Assembly: GCA_964554745.1 (NCBI GenBank)
Contig: CAZKPZ010000003.1
Span: forward strand, 1-49,387
Source of the DNA: an uncultured Treponema sp.
GTDB taxonomy: Bacteria > Spirochaetota > Spirochaetia > Treponematales > Treponemataceae
Reading direction: 5' to 3'
DNA length: 49,387 nt
Each line of letters opens with the position of its first letter. The first letter of the stretch is position 1. This document shows positions 1 to 8,276 of this stretch, in pieces. The position numbers and the translations under genes were made by a program. Under the pieces are notes generated by a model, which worked only from the letters and a program-made list of their open reading frames with translations, ran no database searches and was not told the origin of the DNA.

Positions 1-63
1 GACGTGCTGACGTGCTGACGTGCTGACGTGCTGACGTGCTGACGTGCTGACGTGCTGACGTGC
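1..63. repeat. 8-bp tandem repeat (GACGTGCT)n, cut by the window edge
   Basis: 7 perfect units plus 7/8 of an eighth, read directly from the sequence. Confidence 0.98.
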
Positions 64-64
64 A

Positions 65-93
65 AAAATAGCACTAGTCCTCAACTGTGTCAA
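65..93 (-). promoter_or_regulatory. Sigma70-like promoter pointing into the tandem repeat
   Basis: Minus strand reads TTGACA(93-88)-17 nt-TATTTT(70-65) with an extended TG; a G7 run (94-100) abuts the -35. Confidence 0.55.
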
Positions 94-206
94 GGGGGGG
101 TATGAGAGAAAAATGCAAAATATTTTTTGCCGTGCACGTTTTTCATAAGAATATTATAATTATAAGAGAAAGACTTAGTTTTGTAAAGGGAAAAACTCTG
201 GATGCC

Positions 207-1096
207 CACGGCTTCAGCATGAAAATAAAATCTTAGCCCTGAAGTCATCATCGTACATACAGCTCCGTCTACCGAAACTCAGAGTGTCATAGTCGGACTG
301 CATTTTTATGCGGTTGTAGATTATCCTTCTGACTGTCGCGAGATTCTCCGCCGTGTTCCGCTCGATGACAGGGCTGTCGTCCTCATGGAATATCACGTCA
401 TGGCTCCAGCGAAGGTTGTTTTCAATCGACCAGTGGCTTCTTACCGCACCGGAGAATTACTCGACGTCGGTCAGTGTTGTGATGAAGTACCTCGTTTCCG
501 TGGTTTCCCTCCCGCTTTTCTGTATCATGACGCGGCTCTCGCACTTTCCGAACGCCGCAAGCCCACTCCAGTCTTTTCTTTCGGAAAACCATCCTATGTC
601 CGTGTCGAGAGTGTATTTTCGTTTTTCAATCCTTCCGTGCCCCTAGTCCAATGTTTCGTATATTTTCCGGCGCCCGCTGTCTCCGCACTCAAAGAAATCC
701 ATTATGTCCTGCTCCAGGGCCGGATGATTTCCCTTCACGGCAAGGACATATCCGTTGTTCCGCTTCTTGCTTGAGGTGATTTTCCTCGCGAATCCCTTCT
801 GGCACATCATTGCCTCCGCCGTATCGTGTCGTATGACGGAAGCCCGTTCGGGAACGTCAGCCCTGTTGCGGCCTTCAGCCATTTTTCCTTTATCTTTGCA
901 AACGAGTATATGCCGTGCACCGTCATCTCGCCCGCACTCACCCCGCACATCACCACCATCATTATTTCCGTCATACTGTGCAGTGTCTTCCAGTCCTGCC
1001 TGCTGTCTTCCAGCTCCTCGAATATGTTTCCTTCCACCATGGAGAAATTTTACCATATTGAATTCAATGTGTAAATTCTTTCATGCTGACGTCCTG
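207..1096 (-). mobile_element. ISAs1-family insertion sequence remnant with internal deletion
   Basis: Imperfect terminal IRs CACGGCTTCAGCATGAAA (207-224) and CAGGACGTCAGCATGAAA (1096-1079); transposase fragments between them; no target duplication seen. Confidence 0.85.
214..1040 (-). pseudogene. ISAs1 transposase pseudogene
   Basis: Fragments carry family motifs LPSYDTIRR, YVLAVKGNH, GHGRIEKR, VRSHWSIEN, D(V)IFHED; frame change/deletion near 810-830; in-frame stops at 643-645 and 457-459. Confidence 0.9.
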
Positions 1097-1584
1097 GAGT
1101 CGAGGGCAGCGTTGCAGTCCGTCATATTGTAGTAGGTCATGTATTCTTTTAGCGAGAATGGAAACACATGAATCTCAAAGGTTCTGCCGGTGAACAGGGT
1201 CGCCAAGTCGCTTGAAAGCAGGAAGGCGTTGGAGCCTGTAATGTAGATGTCAAATTCGCCGCTTGCGTGCAGGCTGTTTATGGCTTTCTCAAAGGACTGG
1301 CACATCTGCACTTCGTCAATAAGCACATAGTTGCGCTTGTTCATCTGGCGGTGACTGCGCACGTAGCGTTCAAGGGCGTGATATTCCAGCAGCTCCTCAA
1401 AGTCGGTCAGGTTGAAGTTTACGAGCACTATATTGCTGTCGCCACGCCCTGCCACATATTCGGCAAAGGCTTCCAGAAGCTTGGACTTTCCGGAGCGGCG
1501 GATTCCGGTGATAATCTTTATGTCCGGAGTACCTTACACAGCCTTAAGCTGGCCAAGATAGGCGTTCCGCTGAATTATATTCAT
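1097..1584 (-). pseudogene. AAA_14/DUF4143-type ATPase, 5' fragment
   Basis: ATG 1584 with GGAG RBS; in-frame TAA at 1534-1536; Walker A GIRRSGKS, Walker B VLIDEVQ, ITGSNAFLLS and TGR motifs; cut at the ISAs1 end. Confidence 0.85.
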
Positions 1585-1790
1585 AACTCCAAGGATAGCA
1601 TGAATTACGCAAAGTGTAAATATTTTTGATTTTGCGTCATCATCTGATGCACATCAATGCCCTCTTCTATATCACGGTAAAAATCGTCCGTGCGGAAACC
1701 CAGAAGTGTTCTGCAAGTTCCGCACAAGGCGGCAGTTCCGTCATTCATGAGAATATAGGTAATTTAAAAAAATCTGCCCGTCATCTTCTA

Positions 1791-3185
1791 TTATTCCACA
1801 ATCTTTCTCATCCATTTGCCGCGCCTGACCAAAACAAATCCCAACGCGGCCTTAAACAAGTCCATCATCTCTACTAAGAAATAAAGCGGCACGATGCTTA
1901 TGGAAGTAAAGCGGCTCAGGACGAATGCGACAGGAACACCCAAGGCCCAAACGCTCACGCTGTCAAAGATAAACGTAATGAACGTGCTTCCGCCTGAGCG
2001 AAGAGTAAAGTAGCTTGCGTTCAGGAAAGCCCCGACAGGCATGTAAAGTGCGCGAATAAAAATGAGTTTTGTTGCAATCGAGCGGACTGAATCTTCCGTT
2101 TCATACAGCATTGGGAAAAACGGTGCGACAGCAGCCATTACACAGCCTGCAATCGTACAGAGAAAAACTGAAAATGCAATCAGCCTCGTGTCGGTTTCCC
2201 GTGCCTTCTTAAAATCGCCAGAGCCTAAGATGTGGCCAACAATTATCGAAACGGTACTTCCCATGGAAATAAAAATTATGTTGAACATATTTCCGATTGT
2301 GTCAGTGATGTTCGTGGCTGCAACAACGGAGAGTCCTCTCACTGAATAGCACTGGTTCAGCATGGTAATTCCTGCCGCCCAGAGAAATTCATTAATCATT
2401 AATGGCCAGCCTTTTTTCAGAATGTCTGCGGTAAGGCGATAGGGAATGTATAAGCTTTTGTAAAGCCCCACCGCAAACGGATTTTTCCTTGTCTTTGCAT
2501 GAGTCCAAATCATTTCGATTGCACAGGCAACAAAACGGGAAATGACCGTTGCAATTGCGGCTCCCCTGACGCCAAGCCGCGGCGCGCCAAAGTTTCCAAA
2601 AATCAAAATGTAGTTTCCGATAAGATTAACGAACACAGACGCAAAGCTTGCCTTCATCGGAAGGACTGTCTCGCCAGTTTCACGAAGCGTGCTTGAATAA
2701 ACCATGCTAAGCGAAAGCGGCACAAGTCCCCAGAGCATGATGTCAAGGTATTCACGCGCAAACAAAAGCGTCTCTTCTGCAGAGCCGACATCGCCCTTTC
2801 CCCGTAAAAAGGCATTCACAAGAAAGTCTCCCTGGAATTTAAAAATGACAATTCCCAAAAACGTAATGAGCAAAACGACAAGCAATTTAAAGCGCAGCGT
2901 ATAGCGCACACCGCCCATGTCGTCTGCCCCGTAGAACTGCGCGCCGAACAAGCCCGCGCCGCTCAATGCCCCAAAGACAGACAGGTTAAAGACAAACATC
3001 AAAAGGTTTACGATTGCAACGGCTGACATTTCCATCGTGCTCAACCGACCTACCATTATGTTGTCCAGCATGTTCACAAAATTTGTTATTCCCTCCTGAA
3101 CAACAATAGGGAATGCGATTGCCAGAACTCTTTGATAAAACTGCCTGTCGCCAATAAACCTGGAAAACGGATTTGTCTTTGTCAT
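1791..3185 (-). CDS. MATE family efflux transporter
   Basis: 464 aa, about 12 hydrophobic segments, DNIMVG and LGVRGAAIATVISR motifs. Confidence 0.93.
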   Translation of the reverse strand: MTKTNPFSRFIGDRQFYQRVLAIAFPIVVQEGITNFVNMLDNIMVGRLSTMEMSAVAIVNLLMFVFNLSVFGALSGAGLFGAQFYGADDMGGVRYTLRFKLLVVLLITFLGIVIFKFQGDFLVNAFLRGKGDVGSAEETLLFAREYLDIMLWGLVPLSLSMVYSSTLRETGETVLPMKASFASVFVNLIGNYILIFGNFGAPRLGVRGAAIATVISRFVACAIEMIWTHAKTRKNPFAVGLYKSLYIPYRLTADILKKGWPLMINEFLWAAGITMLNQCYSVRGLSVVAATNITDTIGNMFNIIFISMGSTVSIIVGHILGSGDFKKARETDTRLIAFSVFLCTIAGCVMAAVAPFFPMLYETEDSVRSIATKLIFIRALYMPVGAFLNASYFTLRSGGSTFITFIFDSVSVWALGVPVAFVLSRFTSISIVPLYFLVEMMDLFKAALGFVLVRRGKWMRKIVE

Positions 3186-3309
3186 GAAAATATTATAGTA
3201 AAAGAAATTTGTTTAAGCAATTACACATGCCAAGCAATGTTTTCATCTGCTACAATAGTATGATGAAAAAAACAAAGGCTCAAGGGATGACAGGGCAGAC
3301 TGATTTTTC

Positions 3310-3408
3310 CTACATCCTTATATATTTTGAACCCCTTCCGCTTCCAATCCGCTGAATCTGCTTGTCCCTTACCATCGAACCCAAAAATGAATAATCGAAT
3401 CTGTGCAA
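3310..3408 (-). pseudogene. Collapsed remnant resembling fused N- and C-termini of a Fic-family gene
   Basis: TTG-started 32-codon frame (M)HRFDYSFL-GSMVRDKQIQRIGSGRGSKYIRM*; similarity to Fic termini is recalled, not searched. Confidence 0.45.
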
Positions 3409-3426
3409 ATCGACATTGCATTTCAG

Positions 3427-3463
3427 TTTTCTGCATATGTTTAAGCATTTTATATGCAGAAAA
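3427..3463. promoter_or_regulatory. 12-bp inverted repeat, operator-like
   Basis: TTTTCTGCATAT-13 nt-ATATGCAGAAAA upstream of the remnant ORF. Confidence 0.5.
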
Positions 3464-3525
3464 GGACTGTTATAGTTTTGAAAAACCATTTAGATTCCTG
3501 TGAAAAATCATTTGTTTACAATTTC

Positions 3526-3555
3526 TTGACAGAATAAACGTACTATTGTACAATA
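3526..3555 (+). promoter_or_regulatory. TA operon promoter with palindromic operator
   Basis: TTGACA(3526)-17 nt-TACAAT(3549); perfect palindrome TATTGTACAATA (3544-3555) overlaps the -10. Confidence 0.75.
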
Positions 3556-3560
3556 ATCTT

Positions 3561-3947
3561 ATGGATATTCTGATTGACGCTTCGTGTGTTATGGCAATTT
3601 TGGCGGAAGAGCCTGAACGAGATGAAGTAATCGAAAAGACCAAAGGTGCAACACTTGTTTCCGCAACCTGTCTGCCGTATGAGATTGCGAACGCACTTTC
3701 CGCCCGTGTAAAGCGTCATCTTGCGGATGAAGAAACTGCCGTTCTTGCCTATAGCGAATTTGAAAAAATTCCCATAAGGCTTTTTGACGTGGACATTAAA
3801 AAAGCCCTGCGGATTGCGGCTGAAGAAAAACACTATGCATACGATGCCTACTACATAGCGTGTGCATTGGACAGAAAACTGCCTTTGTATTCTTTTGACA
3901 AGGGATTGATAGAAATAGCCCAAAAGAGAGGTGTAAAATGCTTGTAA
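3561..3947 (+). CDS. vapC: PIN-domain (VapC-like) toxin
   Basis: ILIDAS, YEIANAL, YDAYYIA, LYSFD acidic PIN motifs; 128 aa from ATG 3561. Confidence 0.9.
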   Translation: MDILIDASCVMAILAEEPERDEVIEKTKGATLVSATCLPYEIANALSARVKRHLADEETAVLAYSEFEKIPIRLFDVDIKKALRIAAEEKHYAYDAYYIACALDRKLPLYSFDKGLIEIAQKRGVKCL

Positions 3948-4165
3948 TGACTTATTCTGACGCAAGGGCAAACTTTGCGACTCTTTTGAACAAGGTAAAG
4001 GAAGAGGGAGCCGCAATCGTAAAGAGGGCTGACGGCAGCACTTTTAGAATCACAGCGGAAGAACCTAAAAATACATCTCCTTTTGCAGGGGTGAAGCCTG
4101 TGCTCGGCAAAATCTCGATGGACGAAATCTTGGACGCAATCCACGAATCAAGGGAGAGATTGTAA
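3938..4165 (+). CDS. Phd/YefM-family antitoxin
   Basis: 75 aa, TYSDARANFATLLNKV N-terminal signature; overlaps the toxin stop. Confidence 0.85.
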   Translation: MLVMTYSDARANFATLLNKVKEEGAAIVKRADGSTFRITAEEPKNTSPFAGVKPVLGKISMDEILDAIHESRERL

Positions 4166-4166
4166 A

Positions 4167-5172
4167 AGGCTAAATTTCGAGTTTTGAAATAAATTTACAA
4201 AAAAGGCGCAAACCGCTAAAATTTGTTTACCACAACAAAAAAACAGGAGATGCGCGCCATGACCGAAATCAATCTTATTGCATTATACATCAATATTGAG
4301 GATTTTTACAAAATGTTTATTGAAACAGAAGCAGGAAAAAAGCCTTAAGCCATTATTATGGCAAACGTGGACCAAAAAGGAGAATGTCAGTACCGGACGT
4401 AATGACGCTGAATGTCCTTAGAATTTTCGATCGTACTGCTGACTTGAAAACCTTTCATGCTCATGCGGAAATTGAATATAAAAAGTTTTTCCCGGAGCTG
4501 ACGAATTATGAGAATTTTCTGAAGGCTACCAATAAGTCGACTCCCTTTATCGCGGCTTATGTTCAGTATATGCTTTATCTGGCAAGGAAAAAATGTCGGG
4601 AAAGCATATTTTATCTTGACTCGACTCCTGTTTCCGTCTGCGAAAACAGGTATATTTCATCAAACAAGGTCTCCAAAGGAGTCGCGACCCGCGGAAAATC
4701 TACCAAAGGATGGTTTTATGGATTCAAGTTGCAGGGAGTCTGCACAAAGGACGGAACGCTTGTAAGGCTGTGCTTCCTTCCGGGCAAGGAGAATGACAGC
4801 CGGGCTTTCGCGGACAGCACAGAAGGACTCGTGGGAACTATTGTCACCGATGCCGGCTATCTATTGAGGAAGGACGAGCTGAAAAAGATGTATGAGTCAG
4901 GAAGAAAGCCGTGTACTGCGACAAGAAAGAACATGAGGCGTGCAATGACAAAAGAGCAGTTCCAGCTTCTCAGAAACAGGAACTGCATAGAAAATGTCTG
5001 GTCTGTCATGAAGAAGAACTATAACCTGATTTATCATGCGGCCAGAAGTGTTACAGGAATGTTCAGGCACTTCTTTTACAGCATTTCCGCTTTTTTGCTG
5101 CATGGCCGTTATAAAAAATCAGAGAGCTTTTTGTCAGCTTTTGCTGATTGCAGAAAACTTGAATTTTAGCCT
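4167..5172 (+). mobile_element. IS982-family insertion sequence
   Basis: Terminal IRs AGGCTAAATTTCGAGTTTT / AGGCTAAAATTCAAGTTTT (17/19), about 1 kb; inserted just after the antitoxin stop. Confidence 0.85.
4259..5169 (+). CDS. IS982 DDE transposase split by a -1 frameshift at 4336-4342
   Basis: AGGAG RBS and ATG 4259, TAA at 4346-4348; the -1 frame continues with DSTPVSVC, GWFYGFKL, TDAGY, RNCIENV. Confidence 0.8.
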
Positions 5173-5498
5173 AATAATAAAAATTATGTCTTAACATTTG
5201 TAATGGTGCAAAATGAAAAGTCATTTTTTCAGAATTATTAAAAACTGACGGAGATTTTAATCGGGATTATAATGAAGGTTCAATTCCTGTACCAAAATAT
5301 TTAACAATACAAGAATTGCTTAATTTAGTAGACTCAGATTAAAAAAACTTTTGTATAAAATTTCTTTCTTCTGCAAATAGTTATTTGCGAAACTTCAGGT
5401 AGTTGTAAACAGACTGTTTTAAACGTTCGTTTTCTTCTTGTTTCTTTTTTAGCTGCAATTCTTCATCAAAAACTTTTTCTGCGCGTTCAAGTCTTACA

Positions 5499-6950
5499 TC
5501 ATAGTAAACAGGGTCTGGAAATGTGCAGGTAGACAGCCACCTGAAAGTTATACTCCATAAGCTCCGTTTCGCGCTCTTTTTCTGCAACAGGGTAAGGCAG
5601 GCTTGCAATCACCGACTGCAGCCGTGTCATGAATGAATCCACATTGCCGGCTTCAACGTCATCCGTGAATTTTTCTACGTCAAAATCAGAATCGATATTC
5701 CTGTTGCCTAAAAAGTCCGGTGAAAGGAAATTCAAAAAACCGTACTTGACTTCTTCGTTAGGCAGTTCAAGGTGGTATTTTCCGAATCTGTTGTTGTAGC
5801 CTTTTATTGTCAGGTAACCGGACTGCACAAGAATCGGCATGGGGTTGCTGCCGCCTACGCTGTATTCTGTAAGGCGCTGGGAATCCACATCCACGCCGTT
5901 GATAAGTTTGCGCAGGTCAAAGTGGTTCCGCTTAATCTCCTCAACAAGGAATGTCGGTGTGCCGGTCTGGAACCAGTAGTCGCGGATTTTAGTTGACTGC
6001 AAGGTGTTCAGAACGCTGAACGGGTTGTATACGCCTTCCGTCTCCTCGCAGAAGTGGTAGCCGTTGTATTTTGCCTTCAAGACTTCGTAGCATTGCTCAA
6101 CTGTCATTTTGTTAGCCCTGGCAAGATTTTCTATTTCCGCGTTGAGGTTATCGTGCAGTTCTTTCTCGCAAATCCCGCAGACCAAAGAATATGCAGGATC
6201 CATAGAGATGTCATTCAGATTGTTAAGGTCGCTCCAGACAGAGACCGGACAAAACGCAAGCGTTTTATCTACGAGTTTTGATTTGTCCGCATCCGCGTCC
6301 ATAATCGCTGCGCGATTACCATCAAAACTCGAGCTGAACTTTGTAACGCCTGTGAGCATTGAAAAGCGCAGGCTTGCGTCCTCGCTTTTGAGGACTCCGT
6401 AAAAGGCCTTGAGCGTGGCGCGGTAGTCGTCAAAGAGCTCTTTGTTGCCTATTGCCTGCAGAAGCGGCTTGTCGTATTCGTCAACAAGTACCACTGTTTT
6501 TCGTCCTGTTTTAGCATAGGCTTCGCGGACAAGCTTTGCAAAGCGGCCGGACAAAGTTTCATTTTCTGCATTCAATTCGAATTCTTTTTCCATCGGAACC
6601 AAAGAACGGTTCAGAGCCTTGAAAAGTGAATCTTTGTTTTCATATTTTTCAGAATTCAAGTCAATGTAGATTACCGGGTGTTTTGCCCAGGCTACGCTGT
6701 CAAAGGCGGTTGGCTCTTCTTCTTCAAGATTTTCAATTGCAAGGCCTTTGAACAGCTCCTTGTTGCCAAGAAAATACTGTTTTAATGTGGAAAGGAGCAG
6801 GCTTTTGCCGAAGCGGCGCGGACGGGAAAGAAAATAACAGTTTCCCTGTGTAAGTTTATATACATAGGCTGTCTTGTCAATATAGACATATCCGTCAGTA
6901 ATGAGCTTTTCAAAATCCTGCACGCCGATTGGCATTTTGCGTTCTTTCAT
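5499..6950 (-). pseudogene. AAA-ATPase-like / PD-(D/E)XK family protein, C-terminally truncated, with an in-frame insertion
   Basis: PIGVQDFEKL, YIDKT, SRPRRFGKS, LVDEYDKP, YNPFS, YWFQTGTP, PNEEV motifs; homology stops at EYNFQVAVYL before the expected nuclease domain. Confidence 0.8.
6246..6332. repeat. Palindromic (REP/MITE-like) element inside the ATPase coding sequence
   Basis: IR CGAGTTTTGAT(6272-82)/ATCAAAACTCG(6321-31); hairpins AAAACGC-AA-GCGTTTT and TAATCGC-TGC-GCGATTA; interrupts the GVTKFS-x-VS motif in frame. Confidence 0.75.
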
Positions 6951-6985
6951 GCCTTAATTATAGCATAAGCCCTGCTTTTTGTCAG

Positions 6986-7014
6986 GCTAGCCTGTTATGA
7001 CCGAACAGGCTAGC
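6986..7014 (-). terminator. Hairpin after the COG0523 gene
   Basis: GCTAGCCTGTT-7 nt-AACAGGCTAGC; no clear U-tract on the minus strand. Confidence 0.55.
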
Positions 7015-7020
7015 TGTGTT

Positions 7021-8202
7021 TTACTTACCCAAGCACTTGTCCAGTTCGGCTTCTATCTTGGCACGGTCAAGGTTCTGGCCGATAATGCAGAGCTTTATCA
7101 TGCGGTCACCAACCTTGTCATCCCACTCCTGCTTGATTTTGGGGTTCTCGTTCAGTATCTGCTCGCGCTCCGCCTTGGGGGCTGCCGCAATCCACTGTCC
7201 TGAGTATCCGGCCTGAATCTGGCGGCCGCTTGTCTCAAAGACCCACGCCATCTCAGGTTCATCGGCGAACCACATAAGTCCCTTGCAGCGGATGATGTTT
7301 GCAGGCCACTTGTTGCAGTACTGGTCCAGCAACTGGCGCTCAAACGGGCGGCGGCGGTAGTAAATCATAGTGCTGATTCCGTATTCGTCTTCGTCGCTGC
7401 CGGAATCTCCGTCGTGCTTGTGCTCATGATGGTGGTGTTCGTGCTCTTCATGGCCATGTTCGTCATGGTGCTCATGCTCATCATGATCGTCATCGTCGTC
7501 GGCCTCGTCTTCTTCAAGCTTCTTGCACCAGCCGGCGCTTGCGTATACGTTCTCAAAGTCAAAACTGCCTGTGGCAAGTATGTCTTTTACGTCTACGTTG
7601 CCGTGGTCGGTCTCAATGATTTTTACGTCCGGGTGAATCGCGTTGATTACGGCGCGGACTTTCTTGAACTGCTCTTCTGTAACAAGGTCTTTCTTGTTGA
7701 TTACGAGCGTAGAGCAGAACTCTATCTGCTGAACAAGAAGTGACTCAATGTCATCCTCTTCTTTTTCCTTAAGCAGGGCATCACCAGAGGCAAATTCGTC
7801 TACCAGGCGCTTTGCGTCAACCACGCCGACTACGTTGTCGAGCTTGCCGTTCACGATGGTCTCAAGCTCCTGGGCTATCGGCATAGGCTCACAAACGCCG
7901 CTCGCCTCTATCATAATGTAGTCGTATTTGCCGGTCTTTATGAGGTTCTCTATGTTCTGGGCAAGCTGCGTCTTGAGCGTGCAGCAGATACATCCGTTTG
8001 TGAGTGGCACGATGCTGCTGGTGTCGGTGATTTTTGCGCCGTCGGCGATAAGCTTTGCGTCAACGTTCACTTCGCCGATGTCGTTCACGATTACAGCGAC
8101 TTTGTAGCCCTGCTGATTGTTGAGAACTTTATTTAAAAGTGTTGTCTTTCCGGCTCCCAAGTATCCACACAGGAGCGTGATAGGTGTTAGTTTTTTTGCC
8201 AT
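7021..8202 (-). CDS. CobW/COG0523 GTP-dependent metallochaperone
   Basis: GYLGAGKTT, VNDIGE, GCICC, IEASG, His/Asp-rich tract, C-terminal IIRCKG domain. Confidence 0.93.
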   Translation of the reverse strand: MAKKLTPITLLCGYLGAGKTTLLNKVLNNQQGYKVAVIVNDIGEVNVDAKLIADGAKITDTSSIVPLTNGCICCTLKTQLAQNIENLIKTGKYDYIMIEASGVCEPMPIAQELETIVNGKLDNVVGVVDAKRLVDEFASGDALLKEKEEDDIESLLVQQIEFCSTLVINKKDLVTEEQFKKVRAVINAIHPDVKIIETDHGNVDVKDILATGSFDFENVYASAGWCKKLEEDEADDDDDHDEHEHHDEHGHEEHEHHHHEHKHDGDSGSDEDEYGISTMIYYRRRPFERQLLDQYCNKWPANIIRCKGLMWFADEPEMAWVFETSGRQIQAGYSGQWIAAAPKAEREQILNENPKIKQEWDDKVGDRMIKLCIIGQNLDRAKIEAELDKCLGK

Positions 8203-8276
8203 GATTCGTCTTGACCTCTCATATAATCTAAGGTCAATATAACGAATTTATGGCAAAAAGTCATTAATATAGTCTG

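Noticed and set aside
1-63. Possible CRISPR array
   Set aside because: Contiguous 8-bp units with no spacers, and no cas genes in the window
214-1584. Stop-codon recoding to explain in-frame TAA/TAG
   Set aside because: Stops are confined to elements that also show deletion or truncation; intact genes end at TAA, TAG and TGA normally
3221-3448. 75-aa ORF from the ORF track
   Set aside because: No RBS or recognisable motif; an overlapping frame explains the region better
8211-8237. TTGACCT-13 nt-AGGTCAA inverted repeat before the COG0523 gene as a Zur box
   Set aside because: Only 7-bp arms and unlike the AT-rich Fur/Zur consensus; insufficient support
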